Below, in pieces: positions 1 through 10,298 of a stretch of DNA of 64,000 bases (positions are counted from its first letter, which is position 1; each line of letters starts with the position of its first letter). Under the pieces are notes generated by a model, which saw only the letters and a list, made by a program, of their open reading frames with translations, did not search any database and was not told the DNA's origin. A program made the position numbers and the translations under genes. Where the stretch lies: the IMG/VR virus record IMGVR_UViG_3300050144_000109, positions 84,451 to 148,450 of that record; one strand, written 5' to 3'. The DNA comes from a virus.

Positions 1-1
1 A

Positions 2-1207
2 GGTGCATTGAAAATCTATGGCTGCTTCAATCATAGGCAGCTGGGTAAGAGTGACGAATGGGTGAAAGCACAGATTGAGCGTTCTGGACAAACACCAGAC
101 GAAGCCAATCGCGATTACTTCTGTATTTGGACAGCCGGTACAGAGTCTTCACCGCTGAGCTTAGACATTCTAGAAAAGCTCGTCAAGTATAAAACTCCAG
201 AATGCTTCCAACAGATCCATCCAATTGGAAGTTACATTCTGCGTTGGTACTTGATTGAAAGTGTGATCAAGAAGTACATGAGCGAAACACCCATTGTGGT
301 GGGTATTGACACTAGTGATGCCTCTGGTGGGGATGATATCTCTATTGTTGGCACAGACGCTACCAATGGCGCAGTGGTGTTCACAGGCACCTACAATGAA
401 ACCAACCTCATCACATTCTCGCAGTGGTTGGTGCACTTGCTGGAGAAGTATCCCAACATCACCATGAACATTGAGCGTAGAAGCTCAGGCATCACAATCC
501 TAGACTATCTGTTATTGTTCTTACCCCAAAAGGGAATTGATCCTTTTGCACGACTGTTCAACTGGGTCATCAATGACCCCATGGAACACAAAGCGCTCTA
601 TGATGAAGTCAGACTGCCTATGCGCAGGCGCAGCGAAGACCTGTACGTCAGAGCAAAGAAGTATTTCGGATTTGCTACTTCGGGTGGCGGTCAGACGAAC
701 CGTGCGGATTTGTATTCAAAGACGCTAGTGAATGCATGCAGGCGTTGTGCGCACTTGGTGAGAGACCAATACCTGATTGATCAGATCACTGGACTGGTTA
801 TTAAGAATGGTCGTGTTGACCATGAGGACGGTAAACATGATGACTTGGTGATTGGATTCTTGCTTTGTCACTGGCTGCTCACCATGGGGAAGAATTTAAA
901 CTACTACGGTATTTCACCTGCTGAAGTGTTGGTAGAGCACCGCACGCAAGCTGCAATCAGTGCTGAGAAAGCTTACTCACATTACGAACAGCAAATGATC
1001 AGAGAGCGTATGCAGCGTGTCTATGAAGACATGAGTGCAGAGTCTGATGAAACAATTCTTTACAAGCTAGAGTCTGAGTTGAGGTTTTTGGATTCTAGAA
1101 GAGTCATGGAAGACGGGGAAGACTTCTCTGTTGACTCTGCTTTGGAAGAACTAAAAAAGAAAAAGAAAACAGCAAAGTCCCAATACGGGTACTACAACTT
1201 TAATTAA
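2..1207 (+). CDS. terL: Terminase large subunit, C-terminal nuclease part (phiKZ gp25-like); 5'-truncated by the window edge
   Basis: Frame is open back to the window start (GGT GCA TTG...). RNase H-like nuclease motifs VGIDTSDASGGD and HDDLVIG; precedes the gp26-gp30-like block. Confidence 0.85.
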   Translation, partial: GALKIYGCFNHRQLGKSDEWVKAQIERSGQTPDEANRDYFCIWTAGTESSPLSLDILEKLVKYKTPECFQQIHPIGSYILRWYLIESVIKKYMSETPIVVGIDTSDASGGDDISIVGTDATNGAVVFTGTYNETNLITFSQWLVHLLEKYPNITMNIERRSSGITILDYLLLFLPQKGIDPFARLFNWVINDPMEHKALYDEVRLPMRRRSEDLYVRAKKYFGFATSGGGQTNRADLYSKTLVNACRRCAHLVRDQYLIDQITGLVIKNGRVDHEDGKHDDLVIGFLLCHWLLTMGKNLNYYGISPAEVLVEHRTQAAISAEKAYSHYEQQMIRERMQRVYEDMSAESDETILYKLESELRFLDSRRVMEDGEDFSVDSALEELKKKKKTAKSQYGYYNFN

Positions 1208-1213
1208 AAACTA

Positions 1214-1259
1214 AGCATAGTGAGGAGTAGACGGCGCGTTTCTGCGCCGTCTACTCCTC
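1214..1259. terminator. Hairpin between convergent genes
   Basis: 16-bp stem GAGGAGTAGACGGCGC/GCGCCGTCTACTCCTC; minus-strand tail CTATGCT. Confidence 0.75.
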
Positions 1260-1278
1260 CAATCACTGTGACAAAATC

Positions 1279-1851
1279 TTAACTATCAAATCCAAACACA
1301 AAACGGATTTCACCATGCGTTTCTTTGAGCCGCTTAACCTCATCAAAGAAGTATTTGACTCCTTCTTTTAGATTTTCAACCCATTCAATATGAACATCTG
1401 TGTAGTCTGGAAACATCTCTTTTTCTACAGCACTATCGTTGATCACTCTGATGCCAGGCCCACTGCGACTATAACAATAGTCATCAGGGGGTGTTTTTCC
1501 ATCCCATGCAATGTAAGCTTTTCTGGAAATAATCCCACACCGCCCGACAGTAATTTCAGGGCCGTTATACCAGTCCAGCATTTCTTTATCACTTAACCAA
1601 GAAAATGAATGATCCCCAAAATCACACATCTCTTCCATTTCCATGATTCTTTTTTCTTTAGGGAGTCCTTTTGGCTCTGAGATTGGAACTACTGCATCAC
1701 CAGTGGGTATTCCTGCGAAACCATATCCGTTTCGAACATCTGCCAAAATGGCAAATAACTGGTAGTGTCGGTTAAATTCAAATTCAGTTTCAACAGTTTC
1801 CCACTTGTTATCGATCTTTGCTTGGAAAACGCCATGAATGTCGGTACCCAT
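1279..1851 (-). CDS. Hypothetical phage protein (MGxDIH...RxYxLF...RFVFGFDS type), probable early gene
   Basis: 190-aa ORF with AAGGAG SD, downstream of the promoter motif at 1906-1932. Confidence 0.7.
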   Translation of the reverse strand: MGTDIHGVFQAKIDNKWETVETEFEFNRHYQLFAILADVRNGYGFAGIPTGDAVVPISEPKGLPKEKRIMEMEEMCDFGDHSFSWLSDKEMLDWYNGPEITVGRCGIISRKAYIAWDGKTPPDDYCYSRSGPGIRVINDSAVEKEMFPDYTDVHIEWVENLKEGVKYFFDEVKRLKETHGEIRFVFGFDS

Positions 1852-1905
1852 TTAACTACTCCTTTGTGCTTTTGCACGTGGTTGATAAAGCCATACTTCA
1901 GATTA

Positions 1906-1932
1906 GTGATATGTGACTATGATTTTTTGCAA
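1906..1932 (-). promoter_or_regulatory. Putative early (virion RNAP) promoter, 27-nt motif
   Basis: Minus strand TTGCAAAAAATCATAGTCACATATCAC; one of 7-8 same-length copies. Confidence 0.7.
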
Positions 1933-1948
1933 TCTGGTTTGAGATAAA

Positions 1949-2003
1949 GGACATAAAGGACACAGAGCTTCCAGCAACGGAAAGCTCTGTGTCCTTCTGC
2001 CGT
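1949..2003 (-). terminator. Hairpin terminator after the gp26-like gene
   Basis: Stem AAGGACACAGAGCTT/AAGCTCTGTGTCCTT; tails TTTATGTCC (minus) and TTCTGCCG (plus). Confidence 0.7.
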
Positions 2004-2010
2004 CTAAAGT

Positions 2011-3729
2011 TTAAACAATCACATTTCCTGACACGTCCACGTAGTAGACTGGCATGCCTGCAATCGAGAGCTGCAAGTCTTGTGTCGGTGTTCTCTTGAT
2101 GAACTGTACAAACACAGTCGATGAGTTCGCTACATTCGCACTGATGGTCAAGTTGTCTGACCATTGTGCAATTGAGTATTCAGTTCTAACACTTCCCACC
2201 ATCACTACAAAATGTGTAGGTGTCAGCGGACCAGTTTCTGTCGTTGGGTTGTACAAAGGCTGTGTCTTCAGATAAACCTTGTTCAACCAATCGTTCAAAT
2301 TAGTTTGCTTGTTTGCTAAATTCAAGCGATACGTGTTTGAGCCGATGAAGTATGCAGCAGCGTAAGTGTCTTGACCATAACGTGGAGACTGGTCAGGACT
2401 GAACCCAATCAGCCAATTGGTCAGTCTTTCAGTACCCTGCCTTGCAATGACCACGTCCACAGTTTGTGTGTGGATATAGCTCTTGTAGATGCCGTTGACA
2501 TCCTTCAAGTTCACCGACACACTCAAGTGTTGCAGCACACCGTAAGCGATCGGGTCATACGGCGTGACTGCAGTATTGATGACCACATTCGTTGTCACAT
2601 CGTAGAAGATATCTCGACTCAGGTTATACATGTACCACTTCAGACGGTAGCCTGAGACAGAATCAACCCAAACTGGGTACGGGAACAACTTGACTCCGTA
2701 CGTACCGTCTGCACTGAGCGTCACAGCCTCATAAGCTGCTGAGATGTGTGTATCTGCGCCAGCAATGGCTGAGTAGTTGTACTCATTTGGAGCCAAAGAA
2801 TACTTCAGCACCAATTTGATTCTTTGACCAATCACCGTAGCCACATATTGATCCAAGCCAAACAACGTGAACTTGGTGCCGTCGACTGGATACTCTTTGA
2901 CTTCACCATTGGAGTAAGTCACGACTCCAATCAAGTTCAAGCTGTTCAGAGGAACATTGATCGGATACTGAATCAGCCTAGCGTTGGTGGATGCGATGAA
3001 AGGTGACCTCAGCGAGATACCGATGATGTACTTCATGTCCGCATCCGCTGAGCGAATGTAGGCAGTGTTCTCGACCAGCAATTGCCTCTTAGAGACGACA
3101 AAACCAGCCGCATCATAGAAGATTGCTGTAACAAGTTCTCCGTCGTCTAGGGGGGCTGTGGTATAGGCTGGTGCGACTGTCTTGATGGTCTTGTTGTCCA
3201 GCAGTTGAGTCGCTGCAAGCTCCAGCGCAATGTTTTCACTGACCAACTGACCACTCGTGTCATACACACGAGAGATCACATTGCCTGTATCTGAAGAAAC
3301 ATCAGAGCCCCTGAAGATCTTACAATAGTTACACATGCTGCCAGCCACCTTCAGCCTAGCATCCACACTCATGCGGTAAGGGCTTACAGACTGGTCCACA
3401 TACACCCGGTACGTGTCCGACTGCTGGCCAGGACCCACCCCAATCAAGACGTCATCTGGAGTGAAGTATGCATTGGGGGAGTTTACCTCCTCTGCCAAGA
3501 ACACAGGCACCATGGTACTGGGGTTGATGTCCTTGACAATGAACTTGGCAATGTGAACGCCAGTGATCTCAATGACAAGATCCCCGATCTTTGGAACGTA
3601 TTTGTTTTCTGCAACGTGACCTAAGTAAATTTCACTCATATTCCAGATTTGCCACTTAGCATCTGGATTGTAAATCGGAGAGATGTTGTCAATGCCGACA
3701 ACGCCCCCTACGTTCAAAGGAGTTGGCAT
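2011..3729 (-). CDS. Virion structural protein (phiKZ gp26-like, probably tail/baseplate)
   Basis: 572 aa, beta-rich; size and position between terminase and sheath match the phiKZ-like core block. Confidence 0.6.
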   Translation of the reverse strand: MPTPLNVGGVVGIDNISPIYNPDAKWQIWNMSEIYLGHVAENKYVPKIGDLVIEITGVHIAKFIVKDINPSTMVPVFLAEEVNSPNAYFTPDDVLIGVGPGQQSDTYRVYVDQSVSPYRMSVDARLKVAGSMCNYCKIFRGSDVSSDTGNVISRVYDTSGQLVSENIALELAATQLLDNKTIKTVAPAYTTAPLDDGELVTAIFYDAAGFVVSKRQLLVENTAYIRSADADMKYIIGISLRSPFIASTNARLIQYPINVPLNSLNLIGVVTYSNGEVKEYPVDGTKFTLFGLDQYVATVIGQRIKLVLKYSLAPNEYNYSAIAGADTHISAAYEAVTLSADGTYGVKLFPYPVWVDSVSGYRLKWYMYNLSRDIFYDVTTNVVINTAVTPYDPIAYGVLQHLSVSVNLKDVNGIYKSYIHTQTVDVVIARQGTERLTNWLIGFSPDQSPRYGQDTYAAAYFIGSNTYRLNLANKQTNLNDWLNKVYLKTQPLYNPTTETGPLTPTHFVVMVGSVRTEYSIAQWSDNLTISANVANSSTVFVQFIKRTPTQDLQLSIAGMPVYYVDVSGNVIV

Positions 3730-3765
3730 GGTGTTTGGTCCTAAAGAAGAAAACAGTTATTCTAA

Positions 3766-6342
3766 TCAAACAATTTTAGCATAGTTGGACAGTTCTGTCA
3801 AACCCTTGGCATAAATCAGGATGACTCTGTTCATGAAAGCATACTGTTGAATCGTGAGATTGACTTCTGTAGAAAAACAATGTGGGTGAATGATCACGTA
3901 TTGCTGGTCAGGCAGATTGTCTGCAATGATGGGGTCAAATGACAGGAGGTAAGTGTATTCTTTCAAGCAATCACTGACTTGTGCGTTCGAATATTGCTTG
4001 TTTAAGAAGTCAGGCACTAGGACACCCAACTTCAAATCCATCATGACCTTGCAAATGAAAGGGGAATAGACTTTGTAGTAATTGACAATCGGCGATAAAC
4101 CCGTTGGATTGACTGTGCCTAGCTTAGCAGTCATGTAGTTGCCGATGACCGTATCAATGTCCCTAGAACGTTCTCTGATGGCGTACGAATCTTCTCCAGT
4201 GATGTCTTTCAAAGGAACAATCACGTCCTTGATCAGGTATGGTTTACCGTTGAGTGCGTTCAGTGTAGAGAAGGTACCGGCATCCTCATTGAAAACCAAA
4301 TCTTCTTTGACTCTGATGCCACCATTGACTTGAATCTTGATGACTTTGTCATCACGGATGTCATATTGGTGGTCCACAGAAAGTACACCCCCCATGACAA
4401 ACCCAAACTCATTGGCATCTGTCAGTTCTAGGGTGCTCTTACAGAGTCCTTTGAACCGAACAACCACGGTTTGCTTGCCCGTACTTCGAATGTATTCCTT
4501 GTTGGTGATGATGACTGCTGGGTACTTGACAAAGTAGTCCAAGTTCTGAATCAGGAGTCTACCATTCAGGAAAATATCCAACTCCCCCATGGGGACTTCG
4601 AGCACACGCATGGTGTTGACGCCATTGATCAAGCGCCTGCTATACAGGTTGAACTCCATGAGGCCATCTACCAAGTCAAACTCTTGGGTATAGAGCAGTG
4701 CTGCCTTGTTGGTGCGCACTAAAGTCTGACTCATCGAGTTGACAGCCCAGGTGGCTACACCGTCTACAATGGAGTACTTGCTAAAATCATTGGTAACGTC
4801 TGTCCAAGTCTGAGCCTGGGCATTTGAAGTCTTCGGACAGGTATAAAAACGGTAATCATAACGATCGTCAATGATGATAGTTCTCACATTGAGGTAGTCA
4901 TCTAGAATTTCTTTGCATTCGCCACGAATAAACTCCACGTACTTGGCACCAGGGTTCACACAGTTGTAATAGCTGCCAGCCACATGGTAGCTCCATCCCA
5001 AAAGCAGCCCATTCACATCGTATTCAAACCCAGTACAGTCTGTTTGATAGGCAAATGGCTGTTTGGTGACGACCTGGCCACTGAAAACATACGTCTTCAG
5101 AACAGGTTCAGCCACTAGTTTTGCAATAGCATTGTATCCATAAGCACCAGTCACTAAACTCTTGCTGACATTGAAGTAATTCGACCCCATGAGTCCCACA
5201 TAAGGACTGGCTTCAAGTGTAGAAGCTTTCCACATGGGTACGGTAGAGTCAACGCCCAGCATGGCTGACTGGATATTGGTGTCTGCAAGCTTATAGAGTT
5301 CTTTGATTCTCAGATTCTCGTCAATAAGAGCACGAGAAAATCCAGAGTTTCTGAACTTCAACTGAATCACTGCGTTCTGTACCGTCAGTACCGCAGGGTT
5401 TGCTTCAATGATGGCTCTGACTTGACTCACTGGGGTCGAGTAGTCACGATGTGTGACATTCCTGAGTGTCAGTGGATTGTTCTTGTGGTAATAAACGCCT
5501 TCGTTCGTATTCTTATCGATAATGAAGCAGTCAATGTCGTCTTGAAAATCAATTGTGCCGACATCAGCACCTGGATAATGCAGAAGGTACTTCCCAACGG
5601 AATGCACCGATGAGTTGAATGTATTCAAATCCGACACAGTGTAGCGCACGGTCTTGTACACTGAGGTATCACGCACCATCTCTACAACATCACCTGGCTT
5701 GCAAGTCACCAAAGATAGCGTATTGATTTTATAGCCATTCCTGTAGACTGTTACATCCCCAAGCAAAGCGACTTTCTGGTTATAATCCACCTGCATTGAC
5801 AGTATGTCTGCAGTCGCTGCAGTCACCATGCCGCGAATATAGATTTCTTGCGCAGCAGCGTTGCTTCGCACACTGTTAAAGTATGCGTTTCTATATACCC
5901 GCATATACACAGGCACTCTGCCAAACTCAATTGTAGAAGCCGTCGTGTTATACTTCCCAATCTGACGCAATTCCTTGATTGCAACAATGATGTTTCTCTC
6001 TTCTGTCACCATGTAGTACGCTTGTGACAAAGGAAAGCAAACCCCAGTGCTGGTGTAGAGCTGACACACGACACTCACACGCATGCAAGCGTCACTGAGC
6101 TTAGTCCAAGTATACATGCGTGGAAACAAATCCACAATGGCAGGATGCACTTGCCCAATTTGAAACAAATGGAACCGGACACCGGGCTCAGGTACCACAA
6201 ATGAAGTCATCAAAGCCTTCCAGCTTCTAGACACTCCGGAGTACCCGGTGAGCCTAGCCAACTGGAAGATGATCTGGTTGTCTTGATCAGGCACACACCA
6301 CACATTCTTCAGTGCATGGTCAACCAAATAGTCTTGACTCAT
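3766..6342 (-). CDS. Virion structural protein (phiKZ gp27-like)
   Basis: 858 aa; N-terminus YLVDHALKNVWCVPDQD; synteny. Confidence 0.65.
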   Translation of the reverse strand: MSQDYLVDHALKNVWCVPDQDNQIIFQLARLTGYSGVSRSWKALMTSFVVPEPGVRFHLFQIGQVHPAIVDLFPRMYTWTKLSDACMRVSVVCQLYTSTGVCFPLSQAYYMVTEERNIIVAIKELRQIGKYNTTASTIEFGRVPVYMRVYRNAYFNSVRSNAAAQEIYIRGMVTAATADILSMQVDYNQKVALLGDVTVYRNGYKINTLSLVTCKPGDVVEMVRDTSVYKTVRYTVSDLNTFNSSVHSVGKYLLHYPGADVGTIDFQDDIDCFIIDKNTNEGVYYHKNNPLTLRNVTHRDYSTPVSQVRAIIEANPAVLTVQNAVIQLKFRNSGFSRALIDENLRIKELYKLADTNIQSAMLGVDSTVPMWKASTLEASPYVGLMGSNYFNVSKSLVTGAYGYNAIAKLVAEPVLKTYVFSGQVVTKQPFAYQTDCTGFEYDVNGLLLGWSYHVAGSYYNCVNPGAKYVEFIRGECKEILDDYLNVRTIIIDDRYDYRFYTCPKTSNAQAQTWTDVTNDFSKYSIVDGVATWAVNSMSQTLVRTNKAALLYTQEFDLVDGLMEFNLYSRRLINGVNTMRVLEVPMGELDIFLNGRLLIQNLDYFVKYPAVIITNKEYIRSTGKQTVVVRFKGLCKSTLELTDANEFGFVMGGVLSVDHQYDIRDDKVIKIQVNGGIRVKEDLVFNEDAGTFSTLNALNGKPYLIKDVIVPLKDITGEDSYAIRERSRDIDTVIGNYMTAKLGTVNPTGLSPIVNYYKVYSPFICKVMMDLKLGVLVPDFLNKQYSNAQVSDCLKEYTYLLSFDPIIADNLPDQQYVIIHPHCFSTEVNLTIQQYAFMNRVILIYAKGLTELSNYAKIV

Positions 6343-6348
6343 AGCGGC

Positions 6349-7338
6349 TTACCTCACGTGTTGGGAAGGGTCAAACTCTTGCAGCACACGCTTGGCATCC
6401 AGAAGAGACTCCACGCTGCGTGCAAAGGACAGACCAGTACCCCCCTTGGCATACCGATCTACCAGCTTGGCAATGATAGATTTCTTGAATGTGGCTTCTG
6501 TGATTGATGCATAACAAATCATCAGCCATGTAGGGATGTGTTCTAGTCCCACGGAGAGGATTTCCCGTGCATTGGTACCATACCAGTTACCACCCACAAT
6601 CGCCAGCAGCACGCCATGGTTAAAGTCCTGCAAGCGAACAGATCCAGTGGCTTGTTTGATGACTTCACAGAAGTGCGTCAAACCTGTGATGACAGGAAGT
6701 GCTTCCAGAATGTCCACCACCTTGTTAGCAGGCGCACGTGTCATCTGTGCGATCTTACCAGCAATCTTCAACTGATGGTCCTTGTCAAACTCCACCTCAT
6801 CAGTGAACAAGCAGTAGTAGAAATAGATCGATACCATCATAATGATCAGCTGCTCACCAGGATCAAGTGCATACTTCCTGGAGATAGCTTCACTCATCAA
6901 GGACCCATAGACTTGGGCCGGCATTGTGCTCAAGTCCTTGAACAGATCAGCGCGCTCTGTGATCCATAAATGGTTGAGCACAGACCTCAATACAGCCCAG
7001 TTGTACTCTGGGTAGTTTCTCACTACAAAAACGTTTTGAGGAAGAACCACTTTGCCATAGTTGCGCACATCAATGTAAGTCGTGACAACACCGTGCGCCC
7101 CAGCTTCATCATGTTTCATGAAGACAGGATGGCCAAAGTAAGGAATAGAGTCTGCAGTATGACTGCCGCCTTCAACAGAAGACACACCGACCGCATAACC
7201 GTAGTTCTTGATATCGAAGACATGTTGGTGCAAAGCACCTGTGATCTTGGCAGCCTTGAGCTTGTCCTCAACTGAGCGCAAGCCAGACTGGTAAGGAGAA
7301 CCTGCCAGCGTATCGTAAGCGGTATAGAAAATAGTCAC
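6349..7338 (-). CDS. Virion protein (phiKZ gp28-like)
   Basis: ORF track gives 6349..7413; the GTG at 7338 (MTIFYTAYDT) has a GAGGGG SD and lies downstream of a terminator hairpin; synteny. Confidence 0.6.
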   Translation of the reverse strand: MTIFYTAYDTLAGSPYQSGLRSVEDKLKAAKITGALHQHVFDIKNYGYAVGVSSVEGGSHTADSIPYFGHPVFMKHDEAGAHGVVTTYIDVRNYGKVVLPQNVFVVRNYPEYNWAVLRSVLNHLWITERADLFKDLSTMPAQVYGSLMSEAISRKYALDPGEQLIIMMVSIYFYYCLFTDEVEFDKDHQLKIAGKIAQMTRAPANKVVDILEALPVITGLTHFCEVIKQATGSVRLQDFNHGVLLAIVGGNWYGTNAREILSVGLEHIPTWLMICYASITEATFKKSIIAKLVDRYAKGGTGLSFARSVESLLDAKRVLQEFDPSQHVR

Positions 7339-7389
7339 GACAAAAATCCCCTCAAAAGGAAAGAAACAAAAAAATAAAGAGAAGCTTAG

Positions 7390-7420
7390 AGGGTGGATGA
7401 GCATCGTGCTCATCCACCCT
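7390..7420 (-). terminator. Hairpin terminator
   Basis: Perfect 14-bp stem AGGGTGGATGAGCA/TGCTCATCCACCCT followed on minus by a T-rich tract. Confidence 0.7.
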
Positions 7421-7436
7421 ACAGAAGTGCTGTTGT

Positions 7437-7793
7437 TTAGTTCAGAATTTCCCCAAGCTGCCGGTTCACACTGTACGTAAGTTCAAGCTTGCAAAAATTC
7501 CGGACTTTTCGATTTGGAAAAATAGGACGACCTTTCGCCATTCCACTTTTCTTTGAACGACTTGAGAATTCCAGGAGCCAATCATGGAGCTCCATCAGCT
7601 TACCGTGACACGGGTCCGCGATTGAGAAATTAGCTATCATTTCGCTTACAGCGACTGCAGCCATTTTACCACTTACCGTAAATCCGTATGCCATCATGCG
7701 GAATTTCACTTGCTTAGCGCGACGAATCATTTCGATGTTTCCTATTGACTTGGTTGAGGATTTGATTTGAATTGGACTCAAAGAGATAAGCAC
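7437..7793 (-). CDS. Hypothetical basic protein, probable early gene (true start probably downstream of 7793)
   Basis: ORF flanked by the promoter motif at 7805-7831 and the terminator at 7390-7420. Confidence 0.45.
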   Translation of the reverse strand: MLISLSPIQIKSSTKSIGNIEMIRRAKQVKFRMMAYGFTVSGKMAAVAVSEMIANFSIADPCHGKLMELHDWLLEFSSRSKKSGMAKGRPIFPNRKVRNFCKLELTYSVNRQLGEILN

Positions 7794-7804
7794 AATCCAA
7801 ATCA

Positions 7805-7831
7805 GTGATATACGACCATATTAAATTGCAT
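7805..7831 (-). promoter_or_regulatory. Putative early promoter, 27-nt motif
   Basis: Minus strand ATGCAATTTAATATGGTCGTATATCAC. Confidence 0.6.
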
Positions 7832-7867
7832 TCTTATTCTGTACTTTTACCTCCTTCACAATCGTAT

Positions 7868-7909
7868 GCATAACACCTGCTGGCCTTAAAAAAGCCAGCA
7901 GGTGTGACG
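7868..7909. terminator. Hairpin in divergent intergenic region
   Basis: 12-bp stem ACACCTGCTGGC/GCCAGCAGGTGT; minus tail TATGCA. Confidence 0.55.
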
Positions 7910-8105
7910 AGTATACTGGGTGTGTAAAAAAAGATTGTGCAATCAGGTACTTTGTATATTCTGAGCATAGTAATCTTTTTTTTACTTATTGTGTTTGGCT
8001 TGTGACTTCAGCAACGCTGAGCAGTCAATGAAACTGTACTTTTCTCCAAGTTCACGTGTAAGTAATATTTGATTTTTCATTTCTCTTTTTCTTGAGGACT
8101 TTAAC

Positions 8106-10208
8106 ATGGCATCGACCACGATTTTAAATGCCGCGCCAATGACCATCATGCGCGGTGTTCAGGACCTGTCTGCCCGTACGCTGAATGCGGACACGGACCA
8201 GATCCCGACCCACCTTCCGAAGGTGTACATCTACGCGGAAAAGGGACCTACCTCCCCCCAGCTCGTGGCAGGTTCGTCGCGCACCAACATCTACGGCAGC
8301 AACACGTTTGATCTGCGCAAGCCCTATGCAAACCACCAGACCGTTCTCTCGAACGTGCTGGCTGGTGCTGGAAATGCTCAAATGATTGAGCGGATCCTAC
8401 CCGGTGACGTGGGTCCTCGCTCCAATCTGTTGTTGTCGTTGGATGTGCTGCCGACTGAGATTGTTCAGTATGAACGCAATGCCAATGGTTCGATCCAGAA
8501 GGATCCTGTCACCGGTCTTCCAGTGCCTGTGGTGCCTGCAGCCACCATGCCCGGTTACAGTGTGAAGTGGGTCATCACGAACATCACGGACATTGCCGAT
8601 GAAGAAAACTTCGGTAACGCGCAAGTGGGTCCTGGCGACCGTACGACTACGGGTGTCGATCCGACGCAATCAACTCGCTACCCGATCCTTGAGCTGCAAG
8701 CTTCTAGCTACGGTCAAGCGTTCGACAACAGCGGTATTCGCCTGTCTGCTCCTACGGAAACTTCAGCTGTCCCGCTGAACGTGCATGCCATGGCTGGCAC
8801 CACGACGTACCCGTTCCGTCTGAGCGTGATTCGCCGTGCTACTGCCAGCGACACGCCGCGTCCGGTGGAAACCCAATTCGCAGAACAGTACATCGACTTC
8901 ACGTTCAAGCCGGGCACCATCAACCCGATCACGGATGCTCGTTTCACGCTGTCGGACATCTTCCTCAAGAGCTATCAAAACATCGAAAACAATGGTTATC
9001 CGATTGACTTCGGTGACTTTGGCGCCATCAAGGTTTATGAGGACAACATCGGCGAACTGCTGCAAAGCTTCTACCTGTCAGAGTCCCTGGCTGGAGGAAT
9101 GAACACTGACTTCTTGGGCGGTGCTGACGAGCAATGGCTGTTCAACTTTGTTAGTGGTATCTCGTCCAAGGGCGAGCCGTACTACACCTATGAGATCGAC
9201 ACTTCGTCGGAAGATTCAGTTCGTCTGACCGAGTCCACCAACCTGTTCGCCAAGGGTGGTTTTGATGGCACGATGACCGATGCTGACTTCGCTTCTGCTG
9301 TGGCGCAATCGGTGGCCGAATACGCCAACCCGAACAGTCCGCTGCTGAACTCGGCTGTCAACGTTGAATCGATCATCTACGACACCGGCTTCCCGCTGGC
9401 CACCAAGCGTGAACTGTGCAAGTTCATCTCGGAGCGCAAGGACACCTTTGTGGTGCTGTCGACCTATGACGTCAACGGTGGCGACATGTCTGCTGCTGAT
9501 GAGCACTCTGTGGCCATCGCACTGAAGACGTACCTGCAGATGTTCCCGGAATCGGACTACTTCGGCACATCGACGATGCGTGGTCTCATCATGGGTCGTT
9601 ATGGTTCGATGACCAGCTCACAGTACCAGAAGAAGCTTCCCCTGACAATCGAGCTGGCCTACAAGGCTGCCAAGATGATGGGTTCAAGCGACGGCAAGTG
9701 GCGTGAAGGTGCGGTGTTTGACCGTGCTCCGAACAATGAAATCTCGTTGTTCGAAAAGGTCAACGTCACTTACACTCCGGCTGCTGTGCGCAACAAGGAC
9801 TGGACGCTGGGCCTGAACTGGGTGCAAGCCTTCAGTCGCTCGGAGCTGTTCTTCCCGGCTCTGAAGACCGTCTATGACGAGGACACTTCGGTTCTGAACA
9901 GCTTCTTTGTGGCTATGTGCTGTGTCGAGCTGCAAAAGGTGGGTGAGCGTGTCTGGCGTGAATACACGGGTTCAGTTCGTCTGACGAATGCTCAGCTCGT
10001 GGACCGGGTGAATAGCTCTGTGCAATCCAAGACCATTGGTCGCTTCTGCGACATGTTCAAGGTGGTGCCTGCTGCTTACTTCACGGCTGCTGACACGCTG
10101 CGTGGCTACTCGTGGACGCTGCCGATCAAGCTGTACGCCAACAACATGGAAACGGTCATGACGCTGGATATCCAGACGTATCGCATGGCTGACTTCAATC
10201 GCACGTAA
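8106..10208 (+). CDS. Contractile tail sheath protein (phiKZ gp29-like)
   Basis: 700 aa; motifs IPTHLPKVYIYAEKGP, YDTGFPLATK, GYSWTLPIKLYANNM; strong codon bias; GAGGA SD. Confidence 0.9.
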   Translation: MASTTILNAAPMTIMRGVQDLSARTLNADTDQIPTHLPKVYIYAEKGPTSPQLVAGSSRTNIYGSNTFDLRKPYANHQTVLSNVLAGAGNAQMIERILPGDVGPRSNLLLSLDVLPTEIVQYERNANGSIQKDPVTGLPVPVVPAATMPGYSVKWVITNITDIADEENFGNAQVGPGDRTTTGVDPTQSTRYPILELQASSYGQAFDNSGIRLSAPTETSAVPLNVHAMAGTTTYPFRLSVIRRATASDTPRPVETQFAEQYIDFTFKPGTINPITDARFTLSDIFLKSYQNIENNGYPIDFGDFGAIKVYEDNIGELLQSFYLSESLAGGMNTDFLGGADEQWLFNFVSGISSKGEPYYTYEIDTSSEDSVRLTESTNLFAKGGFDGTMTDADFASAVAQSVAEYANPNSPLLNSAVNVESIIYDTGFPLATKRELCKFISERKDTFVVLSTYDVNGGDMSAADEHSVAIALKTYLQMFPESDYFGTSTMRGLIMGRYGSMTSSQYQKKLPLTIELAYKAAKMMGSSDGKWREGAVFDRAPNNEISLFEKVNVTYTPAAVRNKDWTLGLNWVQAFSRSELFFPALKTVYDEDTSVLNSFFVAMCCVELQKVGERVWREYTGSVRLTNAQLVDRVNSSVQSKTIGRFCDMFKVVPAAYFTAADTLRGYSWTLPIKLYANNMETVMTLDIQTYRMADFNRT

Positions 10209-10215
10209 GACAAAG

Positions 10216-10253
10216 AAGGGGTTAGAGGAGATAGTCTATTTCTCTAACCCTTT
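10216..10253 (+). terminator. Hairpin between sheath and tube (attenuator or processing site)
   Basis: AAGGGGTTAGAG/CTCTAACCCTTT stem. Confidence 0.45.
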
Positions 10254-10298
10254 ACTCTTGAATCAGTTTTTCTTCTTTTCGTTTTAAGGATTTTTAAA

